From contig JAWDOO010000002.1 in assembly GCA_046533775.1 (NCBI GenBank), positions 60,001 to 92,000 of the forward strand: a DNA stretch of 32,000 bases, given 5' to 3'. Under the pieces are notes generated by a model that did not search any database, was not told where the DNA came from, and saw nothing but the letters and a program-made list of their open reading frames with translations. Below are positions 7,612 through 15,349 of the stretch, piece by piece (positions within the stretch are counted from its first letter, which is position 1; every line of letters begins with the position of its first letter). Position numbers and translations under genes: made by a program. This DNA is from Candidatus Nanopusillus sp. GTDB taxonomy: Archaea > Nanobdellota > Nanobdellia > Nanobdellales > Nanobdellaceae.

Positions 7612-8117
7612 GAAACAGATTTTATATAATCAATTAAATTCTTATTTTCATTATTTAATTCTTTATATATTTCATTAGCTAATTTATCTAATAAACTTCT
7701 TCCATTATTTGTTACAATTCTTCCTTTTTTCTTTCCTTCATTTATTTTCATAACCAATCCAGCATTTTCCAATTGATGTAATATTTCTCTTATTAATTTT
7801 CCATATCCTCTTACAACTTTTCCAGGTTCCATTCCTCTTTTTCTCAATCCAGAATATTTTCTTCTTAATCTGGAAATACCAATTGGTCCATATAAATATA
7901 CTTTTCTTAAAATTGATGCTGCTCTATAATACCACCATCCAGGTCCTCCATTATAATCTACATCCGCTGGAAAATCTGGATTCCTTTCTTTATCTGGCCC
8001 TGTTTTAATAAAAAATGCCCAACTTGGTGGTTTTATTATATCTTTATAATTTTCGAATAAATATTTAGCTAATCTTTCTACAAATATTTGACCATTTACA
8101 TCTCTTACAGATACCAT
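7608..8117 (-). CDS. rps19e: 30S ribosomal protein S19e (eS19)
   Basis: VSVRDVNGQIFVERLAKYL..PSWAFFIKTG..ERNP..WWYYRAASILRKVYL.GPIGISRLRRKYSG matches the eS19 family pattern. I placed the start at ATG 8117, because the ORF-track start at 8126 is a TTG. Confidence 0.9.
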   Translation of the reverse strand: MVSVRDVNGQIFVERLAKYLFENYKDIIKPPSWAFFIKTGPDKERNPDFPADVDYNGGPGWWYYRAASILRKVYLYGPIGISRLRRKYSGLRKRGMEPGKVVRGYGKLIREILHQLENAGLVMKINEGKKKGRIVTNNGRSLLDKLANEIYKELNNENKNLIDYIKSVS

Positions 8118-8128
8118 AATATGCAATA

Positions 8129-8136
8129 TTTATAAA
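8129..8136 (+). promoter_or_regulatory. TATA-box-like TTTATAAA, exactly 32 nt upstream of the rpl37ae ATG
   Basis: Exact TTTATAAA at 8129-8136 in the divergent rps19e/rpl37ae intergenic region. Confidence 0.4.
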
Positions 8137-8160
8137 ACATTTTTAAAATATATGTAAATT

Positions 8161-8379
8161 ATGAGTCATACTAAATTATTGGGTCCTGTTGCAAGATTTG
8201 GTTCTAGATATGGAAAAGGTATAAGAGAAAATTTAGTTGAGATTGAAAAGAAATATAGAAATAAAAAATTAAAATGCCCTTTTTGTAATAATATATCAGT
8301 AAAGAGATTATCTTATGGAATATGGTATTGTACACATTGTGGCAAAAAATTTACCGGAAAAGCTTATAGTATACAATGA
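8161..8379 (+). CDS. rpl37ae: 50S ribosomal protein L37Ae (eL43)
   Basis: GPVARFGSRYGKGIRE..KYRNKKLKCPFCN..VKRLSYGIWYCTHCGKKFTGKAY, including the C4 zinc ribbon characteristic of eL43. Confidence 0.9.
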   Translation: MSHTKLLGPVARFGSRYGKGIRENLVEIEKKYRNKKLKCPFCNNISVKRLSYGIWYCTHCGKKFTGKAYSIQ

Positions 8380-8516
8380 CCCAATATATTTGTATAAACT
8401 GTAAAAGAATAATAGATGGAGAAACTGCATTAAAAAAGGTTAAATGTATATATTGTGGATCAAAGATATTAGTAAAATTAAGACCAAATACAATTAAAAA
8501 AATAAAAGCTGTATGA
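8376..8516 (+). CDS. rpoP: DNA-directed RNA polymerase subunit P (RpoP/Rpb12), 46 aa
   Basis: Not in the ORF track because it is under 60 aa. My translation is MTQYICINCKRIIDGETALKKVKCIYCGSKILVKLRPNTIKKIKAV. It has a CxxC..CxxC zinc ribbon and the Y.C..C / C..CG..IL.K.R pattern of RpoP. ATGA overlaps occur at both ends. It sits in the conserved position after rpl37ae. Confidence 0.7.
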   Translation: MTQYICINCKRIIDGETALKKVKCIYCGSKILVKLRPNTIKKIKAV

Positions 8517-8713
8517 AAATAATAATTAGTATTGAAGATAAAGATTTAATAGATATATTAAAATTTTTAGAATCTCAAGAAGGAATAAAAATCGAAGATA
8601 ATAGTATAATAATTAATAAAAAAGATATATCAAAGGCAAGAGCCCAGATGAATTTAATATTTAGACTATTAAAGATATATGATAATCTTAACAGATTCTT
8701 GTCCAGTTTGTAA
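8513..8713 (+). CDS. Possible short KEOPS subunit Pcc1-like protein
   Basis: IEDNSIIINKKDISKARAQMNLIFRLLKIYDNL resembles the Pcc1 C-terminal pattern (..l.i.a.d...lRA.lNs.lR.l...). The neighbourhood (rpl37ae, rpoP, prefoldin beta) is where Pcc1 is commonly found in archaea. At 66 aa it is shorter than typical Pcc1. Confidence 0.4.
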   Translation: MKIIISIEDKDLIDILKFLESQEGIKIEDNSIIINKKDISKARAQMNLIFRLLKIYDNLNRFLSSL

Positions 8714-9167
8714 TTCAAAAGATATTGAAATAAAGACAGTTGAATATGATTTTCCAGAGATAGGTAAGTCATTACTTTATGTATTTAAATGTAACTCTTG
8801 CAATTATAGAACATTTGAAATAATACCGTTAGAAGATAGAGGTTATATAAAAATAGAATATAAAATAGATAGTAAAGAAAAGGCAAGAAAATTATTTTTA
8901 AAATCTCCTTATGCAAAAATAATATTAAAAGAAATTGAAATAGAAATAACTCCTGGCATTGAATCAAAATTTGAGATTAGAGCGATAGATGATTTTTTAA
9001 TGAATATAAAAAACAATTTAGAAAGCTTTAAAGTATTATATTCTGATGATAAAGAAAAATATAACAAAATAATAGAAAAAATAAATTATATAGAAGATGT
9101 ATTAAATAATAAAAAGGAATTAACTATAATAATAGAAGATGAAAAAGGATTATCAAAAATATATTAA
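8679..9167 (+). CDS. ZPR1-type zinc-finger protein (COG1779)
   Basis: An N-terminal CPVC..(x24)..CNSC zinc finger is followed by a beta-rich module (YIKIEYKI..LFLKSPYAKIILKEIEIEITPG..FEIRAIDDF). This is typical of archaeal single-module ZPR1 homologs. Confidence 0.65.
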   Translation: MIILTDSCPVCNSKDIEIKTVEYDFPEIGKSLLYVFKCNSCNYRTFEIIPLEDRGYIKIEYKIDSKEKARKLFLKSPYAKIILKEIEIEITPGIESKFEIRAIDDFLMNIKNNLESFKVLYSDDKEKYNKIIEKINYIEDVLNNKKELTIIIEDEKGLSKIY

Positions 9168-9556
9168 GGTTGTTGATCTTCTTGTTTTACTTCTTCAACT
9201 GCAGACATTTGGTGTCCTCTCCAGATTCTTACATATGGTGGTGTAGCAATGATCCAATCTTTACTTACAGCAGCTATATCTCCACCAATTGCATCTACAA
9301 CAGACTTAATTCTAGATACAACTCTTTTTACTTCTACAAGATCTTTACCAGTATTTAATCCGGATATATCAACAAATACTATATAATTTCTTTCCCTTAA
9401 TGAATCTACAACTGCTTTAACTTCTGACGGATCCTTTATCCTAAATACTCTAACATAAATTTTTACCTCCTCAGCCTTCTGAGTGGGTATTACCTCCACA
9501 TACTGATCAGAAGTTTCTTTCTTCTTTGACTTAAATATGTTTCCTAAAGATACCAT
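9164..9556 (-). CDS. sepF: Cell division protein SepF homolog (DUF552)
   Basis: The core is YVRVFRIKDPSEVKAVVDSLRERNYIVFVDISGLNTGKDLVEVKRVVSRIKSVVDAIGGDIAAVSKDWIIATPPYVRI. It follows the SepF pattern (Dv..i...lr.G..v.v.l..l.......R..d.l.G...a..G.i..i......tP..V.i). Confidence 0.6.
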   Translation of the reverse strand: MVSLGNIFKSKKKETSDQYVEVIPTQKAEEVKIYVRVFRIKDPSEVKAVVDSLRERNYIVFVDISGLNTGKDLVEVKRVVSRIKSVVDAIGGDIAAVSKDWIIATPPYVRIWRGHQMSAVEEVKQEDQQP

Positions 9557-9625
9557 ATAAATATATATTTCTCTACCATTTTTATATCTTTGGTTAATAT
9601 TTTTGATTATCTTTTATGATATTAT

Positions 9626-9982
9626 TTATTTAGATTGTAGATTAGATCTTTTTAATAAATCATTTAATTCTTTTGTTAGAGAATTTAATTTTTCTTTATA
9701 TATATCAGACTGCTTTTTTAACTTTTCTGCTTCAACCTTTAATATTTCTTTGTCTTCACTTAACTTATTTATCAATTCTTTTTTATCCTTTTCTATTAAT
9801 ACATTTCCTATCATAAAATAAACTTTTTTATCATCTGGTAAATTTGATAATTCTTTTAATGCGTTCTCTGTTTCAGCTAAGTCTTGTAAAACTTTTTGTC
9901 TTTTATTTTCTATTAATAAATATGCTTGTCTTAAATTTTCAAACTCTTCATACTTTGATGTTATTTCTTCCTCACTAACCAT
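9626..9982 (-). CDS. pfdB: Prefoldin beta subunit
   Basis: 118 aa with a coiled coil, central beta hairpins and a second coiled coil. It has the characteristic VYFMIGNVLIEKDK motif. Confidence 0.8.
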   Translation of the reverse strand: MVSEEEITSKYEEFENLRQAYLLIENKRQKVLQDLAETENALKELSNLPDDKKVYFMIGNVLIEKDKKELINKLSEDKEILKVEAEKLKKQSDIYKEKLNSLTKELNDLLKRSNLQSK

Positions 9983-10011
9983 TTTTATATATTATAAAAT
10001 TCATTTAAAAA

Positions 10012-11724
10012 TTATTTGTGCATATATATTAAGTAATCCTTTTCCCTTTTAAAGAATCCATACCTTATTCCATGAATTACCTCCCCATCTTTTGTTAACT
10101 CTAATATATACTTTTCTGCAATTGTATTTATTATGCCATCTTTTTCCCATACTTTTATATTAATCTTATATTCTTCAGGTACCCATTGGACAATTTTTGC
10201 ATTCAATTTTTTTGCATCTTCTATACTATCTGATAAATATCTAGCAATAATATAATCATCCTTTTTATCTATTATTTCAATATTAAATCCTTCAAATAAT
10301 CTTAAATATTTATTATTTATATCATTTATATCTATATAAATTATATTAGATTTTATTATAAATTCTCTATATCCCAAATCTACTTCTGGATGATTTTTAA
10401 CTTTTATTATTTTATTTAATGGTAAATCTTTTACTATAACTTTTACAGGATTTCTTATTATAAAAAATCTCTTAGCCTTTTTATCATATATTTCCCTATT
10501 ATATGTATATATTTTATCCCAATTTATAATTACATCTACAGGATTTAGACCTATTTCTAAAATATATTTTCTTATTGCCTCTCTATCAATTCCCCTTCTT
10601 CTTAATCCTCTTAATGTTGGTAAAAATGGGTCATCCCATCCAGATATTTTTCCTTCCTTTATTAATTTCCTTATTTCAGATTTATGCAATGGTAAATCTT
10701 TTACTAATAGAGCTCCATAATTTATTATTGTTGGAAATTCCCAACCAAAATATTCATAAATATATTTTTGTTTATATGCATTTACTTCATGTTCTTTCAT
10801 TCTCAAAACATGTGTTATTCCCATTAAATGATCATCTATAGATACAGAAAAATTATATGTAGGCCATAACCAATATCTTTCTACATAATTTTTTCCATAC
10901 TTTTTTAATAAATATGGATGTGGATTTTTGTTTGGATTAACAATTCTAAATGCAATCCAATCTCTTACAGATGGATTTGGATGATTTAGATCAGTTTTAA
11001 TTCTTATTACTGCTTTTTCTTCATCATAATATCCATTTAACATTTTTTCAAATTGTTCTAAATGCCATTCTGATTCTTTCGATCTATATTCTGTAGGAAT
11101 TCCTTCTGCTCTATATTTTGATATTATTTCTTTTGGAGAAAGATCCACGTATGCAAATCCTTTTTCAATTAATTCTTTTATATATTTATAATATATATCT
11201 AATCTTTCAGATTGTATATAAAATTCATCTACCTTATCATTTATTAACCATTCAACATCCTCTTTTATCGATTCATATACATCTGGATCTGGCTTTTTAA
11301 CCTTTGGATCTGTATCTTCAATCCTTAATATAAATTTTCCTTTATACATTTTTGCATATTCATAATTCAATATAATTGCTCTTGCATGACCTATATGTAA
11401 ATATCCTGAAGGATTTGGAGCAAATCTTGTCTTAACTTTACCTTCTATTGCATTCTTTAATTCTGGTAATCCTTTTCTTTCCTCTTTTTTCTTTTCTTCT
11501 AATAGCTCTGGATATTCTTTTAACAATATATTATAAGCTTCTTCTCTGGATATATTAGCCAAATTATTTATTTCTTCTTTAACTTTTGGAATTATTTCCT
11601 TTATGTTTTTCTTTAAATCAGGATTTTCATATACTATTTTTGATACAACAGAATTTAAATTTACATTTCCATACTTATATTTATTATATAATACCCATTT
11701 TTTTATTAATTTATTTATATCCAT
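10012..11724 (-). CDS. gltX: Glutamate--tRNA ligase (archaeal-type GluRS)
   Basis: Class I HIGH region RFAPNPSGYLHIGHARAIILN. The 570-aa length and the IEDTDP and WPTYNF motifs are typical of archaeal/eukaryal Glx-tRNA synthetases. Confidence 0.85.
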   Translation of the reverse strand: MDINKLIKKWVLYNKYKYGNVNLNSVVSKIVYENPDLKKNIKEIIPKVKEEINNLANISREEAYNILLKEYPELLEEKKKEERKGLPELKNAIEGKVKTRFAPNPSGYLHIGHARAIILNYEYAKMYKGKFILRIEDTDPKVKKPDPDVYESIKEDVEWLINDKVDEFYIQSERLDIYYKYIKELIEKGFAYVDLSPKEIISKYRAEGIPTEYRSKESEWHLEQFEKMLNGYYDEEKAVIRIKTDLNHPNPSVRDWIAFRIVNPNKNPHPYLLKKYGKNYVERYWLWPTYNFSVSIDDHLMGITHVLRMKEHEVNAYKQKYIYEYFGWEFPTIINYGALLVKDLPLHKSEIRKLIKEGKISGWDDPFLPTLRGLRRRGIDREAIRKYILEIGLNPVDVIINWDKIYTYNREIYDKKAKRFFIIRNPVKVIVKDLPLNKIIKVKNHPEVDLGYREFIIKSNIIYIDINDINNKYLRLFEGFNIEIIDKKDDYIIARYLSDSIEDAKKLNAKIVQWVPEEYKINIKVWEKDGIINTIAEKYILELTKDGEVIHGIRYGFFKREKDYLIYMHK

Positions 11725-11725
11725 C

Positions 11726-11929
11726 TTATAATACTCTTATTGCCCACTTACCCTCTTTTAAATTTAATTTTTTAGAAAATTCAGAATTTTCTTGATTTAC
11801 AATTATAATAAATCCAGAATAATCTTCAGATAAATCTGTAGAACCACAATATGGACATCTTTCTACATCTTTATCAATTATTGCCTTACAATTTCTACAT
11901 ACTTTTCTTTTTGATTTTCTATACGCCAT
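11726..11929 (-). CDS. spt4: Transcription elongation factor Spt4 (RpoE'')
   Basis: 67 aa with a zinc ribbon CRNC..CPYCGS followed by LSEDYSGFIIIVNQENSEFSKKLNLKEGKWAIRV. This is the canonical Spt4 pattern and the canonical position downstream of rpoE'. Confidence 0.8.
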   Translation of the reverse strand: MAYRKSKRKVCRNCKAIIDKDVERCPYCGSTDLSEDYSGFIIIVNQENSEFSKKLNLKEGKWAIRVL

Positions 11930-12474
11930 TATTTACCAGATTTTTTCTTTTGTTCAAGCCATTCCAATTTTCCCAATCCTGGTTGTTTCATTGTCATTGC
12001 AATTCTTACATTAGATACACCTTTATAACTTACTGTAACTATTCTTGCTTTTACTATATCATTTACTTTCAATACTTTTCTACTATTCTTTCCAATTAAA
12101 GCTTCTCTTCCAGAAACTGATACCTCATCATCCATTATTTGAGAAATATGAACCAATGCATCTATAGGTCCTATATTTATAAATGCTCCAAATTCTGTTA
12201 TAGATGATACAAATCCATATGTTAGTTCAGAAATAATTGGAAAATATGAAATTGCAGTAAATTTTACCTTATAATATACTCCTCCATCTTCAAAAACCAT
12301 TATACCTTCAGATATTTCGTCTATGGATTTTATTGTTACAATTATACCATATTCTTTTCCACCCATTCCAACATAATTATTTAATAATATTTTTTCTATC
12401 ATTTCATTTACATTATCTGTTATTTCATTTGGTGACACTCTTACCACATCATATATTTGAACTTCATAAAACAT
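11929..12474 (-). CDS. rpoE: DNA-directed RNA polymerase subunit E' (Rpb7 homolog)
   Basis: The N-terminal Rpb7-like domain (MFYEVQIYDVVRVSPNE) is followed by an S1 domain (GFVSSITEFGAFINIGPIDALVHISQI). It is followed by spt4, as in most archaea. Confidence 0.8.
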   Translation of the reverse strand: MFYEVQIYDVVRVSPNEITDNVNEMIEKILLNNYVGMGGKEYGIIVTIKSIDEISEGIMVFEDGGVYYKVKFTAISYFPIISELTYGFVSSITEFGAFINIGPIDALVHISQIMDDEVSVSGREALIGKNSRKVLKVNDIVKARIVTVSYKGVSNVRIAMTMKQPGLGKLEWLEQKKKSGK

Positions 12475-12485
12475 TATTAGAATGA

Positions 12486-12505
12486 TTTTATAAATTTTTA
12501 TAAAT
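12486..12505. promoter_or_regulatory. Tandem duplicated TTTTATAAAT, giving two palindromic TTTATAAA boxes in a divergent intergenic region
   Basis: ttttataaat at 12486-12495 and again at 12496-12505, between rpoE' (ATG at 12474, minus) and the primase gene (ATG at 12543, plus). The second box lies about 30 nt from the rpoE' ATG. Confidence 0.35.
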
Positions 12506-12542
12506 CTTTGTAATTTTTATTTTTTTGCAATAAAAAAATATT

Positions 12543-13934
12543 ATGGGTATAATGTTAAATAATTTAATTAAGTTCTATCAAAATAATAAAGAAATTTTAG
12601 AAGATATGGTAAAAATTTCACAGAATAGAGAAGTTGGATATTTATTATCAAATAATAATTTTGGACATAGACCATCAAAAATAGAGACAGAAGATGATAT
12701 AATAAATTATATTAAAAAAGGTGCTATTTCATTTCATATATCAATTGAGAGATGGATTGATCTAAATATTTTGAGTGAAAAAGTTTCAAAAAAAGATTTG
12801 AATGAATATAGATTGGGATGGGATTTCATAATAGATATAGATGCAAAATCTTTGGATCTATCAAAGGTTACTGCAAGAGTTATTTTTGATTATTTAAAAG
12901 AAAAAAATATTAATCCAATATATATTAAATATTCTGGGGGAAAAGGTTTTCATATAGCAATTCCTTGGGAAATATTTCCAGAAACAATAAATATATATAA
13001 AAAAGATAATTTTGTAGAAGAAGAGACAAGGAAATTATTCCCAGATCTTGCAAGGATATTGGCATTATATATATCAAAAGAAATAGAAGAGAAATTAAAG
13101 AAAATAATATTATTAAAATTTAGTGAAGATGAATTGAAAAAATATGGTATAAATGATATAGAAAGATTTAATCCATATGATATAATTGAAATAGATACAA
13201 TATTAATATCATCAAGACATTTAATTAGATGTTTATATTCAATAAATGAGAAAACAGGAAATTTATCTATACCAATAAAGGAAAATTATATAGAAAAATT
13301 AAATCCTGAAGATTCTAATATAAATAATTATTCATATGAAGGTATACCATATTTAACTGAAGATTTAGAAAGAAAAGAATCTAAAGAATTAAAAAAGCTA
13401 ATTAACGATTCATTATTATGGAAAATAAAAAATGAATTTGAAGTAATAAAATTTAGCAGATTGGCAGAAAATTATAAAAATCAGGAAGAAATTGAAGAAG
13501 CAAAGAAGGATGTAGAAGAAATAAAGAAAAGAAAGATAGAAATAAATGAAGATTTATTCCCTCCATGTATAAAAAATATATTAAATAATAAAGAAATGGA
13601 TGATGGAAGGAAAAGATCCTTATTTATATTAATAAATTTCTTTGCAAATATTGGATGGAATTGGGATAAAATTGAAAAATATATAAAAGAATGGAATGAA
13701 AGTTTACAGGATCCTTTAAAAGATAGATATATAGAATATCAATTAGAATGGCATAAGAAATTATATAAAAATAATAAAAAATATTTAACCCCAAATTGCA
13801 ATAATGAAATATATTATAAGGATATTGGAATATGTACTCCAGATAATATTTGCTCATTAATTAAAAATCCTTTATCATATCCAATTAAAAAAATTAAAAG
13901 TACAAAATCTTCTCAGGATTCTCAAAATAATTAA
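12543..13934 (+). CDS. priS: DNA primase: PriS catalytic domain fused to a PriL-CTD-like Fe-S domain
   Basis: PriS motifs are present: GWDFIIDIDA (DxD), SGGKGFHIAIPWE and RHLIRCLYSINEKTGNLSIPI. The C-terminal part FPPCIKNIL..GRKRSLFILINFFANIGW plus CNNEIYYKDIGICTPDNIC gives four Cys in the PriL C-terminal 4Fe-4S arrangement. Confidence 0.8.
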   Translation: MGIMLNNLIKFYQNNKEILEDMVKISQNREVGYLLSNNNFGHRPSKIETEDDIINYIKKGAISFHISIERWIDLNILSEKVSKKDLNEYRLGWDFIIDIDAKSLDLSKVTARVIFDYLKEKNINPIYIKYSGGKGFHIAIPWEIFPETINIYKKDNFVEEETRKLFPDLARILALYISKEIEEKLKKIILLKFSEDELKKYGINDIERFNPYDIIEIDTILISSRHLIRCLYSINEKTGNLSIPIKENYIEKLNPEDSNINNYSYEGIPYLTEDLERKESKELKKLINDSLLWKIKNEFEVIKFSRLAENYKNQEEIEEAKKDVEEIKKRKIEINEDLFPPCIKNILNNKEMDDGRKRSLFILINFFANIGWNWDKIEKYIKEWNESLQDPLKDRYIEYQLEWHKKLYKNNKKYLTPNCNNEIYYKDIGICTPDNICSLIKNPLSYPIKKIKSTKSSQDSQNN

Positions 13935-14280
13935 TATAAAACTTTATTTCATCAATATGCTTTCTTAAATCTTCAACCTCTCTTACTCTAAAATATTTAA
14001 AGAATCTTTTCCTTTCAATATCATTTATAATTATTCCATCAGATTCTAGTAAATTTCTTACATATTTATATAAAATTTTTCCCTTATTATCATTATCTGT
14101 TAATATAATTGCTTCTCTATAATTTAAAAATATCCCATCATCCTTTCTTAATTCATATATTGTATATACATTATTAAATCCAAATTCTCTTAATACTTCC
14201 TTATCCTTTCTACCCTCCACAACTATAATTGAATCCTTTTTCTCCCTTAACCTATGTAAAAAAGATATTATCCTATACAT
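13894..14280 (-). CDS. Small Toprim-domain protein (COG1658 / RNase M5-like)
   Basis: Toprim signature: IIVVEGRKD (conserved Glu) and AIILTDNDNKG (DxD). It is 128 aa. Its 3' end overlaps the primase 3' end by 41 nt on the opposite strand. Confidence 0.65.
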   Translation of the reverse strand: MYRIISFLHRLREKKDSIIVVEGRKDKEVLREFGFNNVYTIYELRKDDGIFLNYREAIILTDNDNKGKILYKYVRNLLESDGIIINDIERKRFFKYFRVREVEDLRKHIDEIKFYINYFENPEKILYF

Positions 14281-14324
14281 TATAAAAAGTTTAACTTTTA
14301 ATTATTAAAGTTTTTTTATTTATT

Positions 14325-14810
14325 ATGCCACCAAAGGAAAGGATTGTTGATGGTAAAATATTCTCATATACTGGATTAATTGACTTTCAAAAATTCTATA
14401 AATCAATGAAAGAATTTTGGGATAATAAAGGATTTGACTTCTTTGAAAATAAACATGAAGAAAAAGTAAAAGATGATGGATCTAGATCTATAAATTTAGA
14501 ATGGCATACGGAAAAGAAAATAACAGATTACGTAACATATAGCTATGATATAAGTATTTCAATAGATACATTAAAATTATTAGATAATATGAAACAGTAT
14601 GCAGAAAATCTAAATATAAAAATAAATGGAGATTTAATAACTGATTATCAAAAATATTTTGGAGACAAACCATTCAATATATTTCTTAGAGGATTATTTG
14701 AAAAGTATTTATATGATAGCGAATTAAAGGATCATAAGAAAAATGTTGGAAAAATTGCAGATGATTTTCTAAATTTAGCAAAAGATTTTACAGCATCATT
14801 TAAATTATGA
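14325..14810 (+). CDS. Hypothetical protein (161 aa)
   Basis: Clean ATG-initiated ORF with K/E/D-rich cytosolic composition. I recognise no motif. Confidence 0.5.
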   Translation: MPPKERIVDGKIFSYTGLIDFQKFYKSMKEFWDNKGFDFFENKHEEKVKDDGSRSINLEWHTEKKITDYVTYSYDISISIDTLKLLDNMKQYAENLNIKINGDLITDYQKYFGDKPFNIFLRGLFEKYLYDSELKDHKKNVGKIADDFLNLAKDFTASFKL

Positions 14811-15349
14811 CCTGGGAAACAATATATAAAACAAGAGTAAGATCAAAAATAAAATTTATTCCACAGGATTTTTATGAGAAATTTAAAAAATTCCTTGAAA
14901 GCGATAAATGGGAAGGAATATTTAAAAAAGATAGATATGAAAAATATTATTTTCATAGATTAACTCCAGAAGGTTTATTATTTATAGAAGCTAAATGGGA
15001 GGGTTATAAAAATTATTGGAAAGAAGAACCAAAGATTGATTGGAAAATTGAATTAACAATTATTATTAATGCTTATAATATAAATACATCTGTTGGTGAT
15101 TTAGATATAAGTATAGAAAGTTCACATAATATAGAAGAATTTAAAGATTTTGATATAAGTAAAGCTAGTGGAACCGAAAAAATATTATTGCATCTTGGAT
15201 TTTCAAAAGTATTAAGTTCTTTAAAATCTAATCTAGAAAAAGTTAGAGGAAAAAAGAAATTAATAGATATGTCTGGAAGGGATTTATATAATGATTCTGA
15301 AAAGATAAAAAATTTTGTACTAGATTATTTCAAATTATATAAATATTAA
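14807..15349 (+). CDS. Hypothetical protein (180 aa)
   Basis: ATGA-coupled to the previous ORF. Its layout is loosely similar (F.kF.k..e....W, then alternating beta-like segments). I recognise no motif. Confidence 0.5.
   Translation: MTWETIYKTRVRSKIKFIPQDFYEKFKKFLESDKWEGIFKKDRYEKYYFHRLTPEGLLFIEAKWEGYKNYWKEEPKIDWKIELTIIINAYNINTSVGDLDISIESSHNIEEFKDFDISKASGTEKILLHLGFSKVLSSLKSNLEKVRGKKKLIDMSGRDLYNDSEKIKNFVLDYFKLYKY

Noticed and set aside
8575-9358. ORFs at 8575-8772(-), 8785-8967(-) and 9170-9358(+)
   Set aside because: They are antisense to the Pcc1-like/ZPR1-like genes and to sepF respectively. They have no motifs and a shadow-ORF composition.
10575-12099. Plus-strand ORFs at 10575-10841, 11118-11300, 11586-11795 and 11851-12099
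   Set aside because: All are antisense to the well-supported gltX, spt4 and rpoE' genes and have a shadow-ORF composition.
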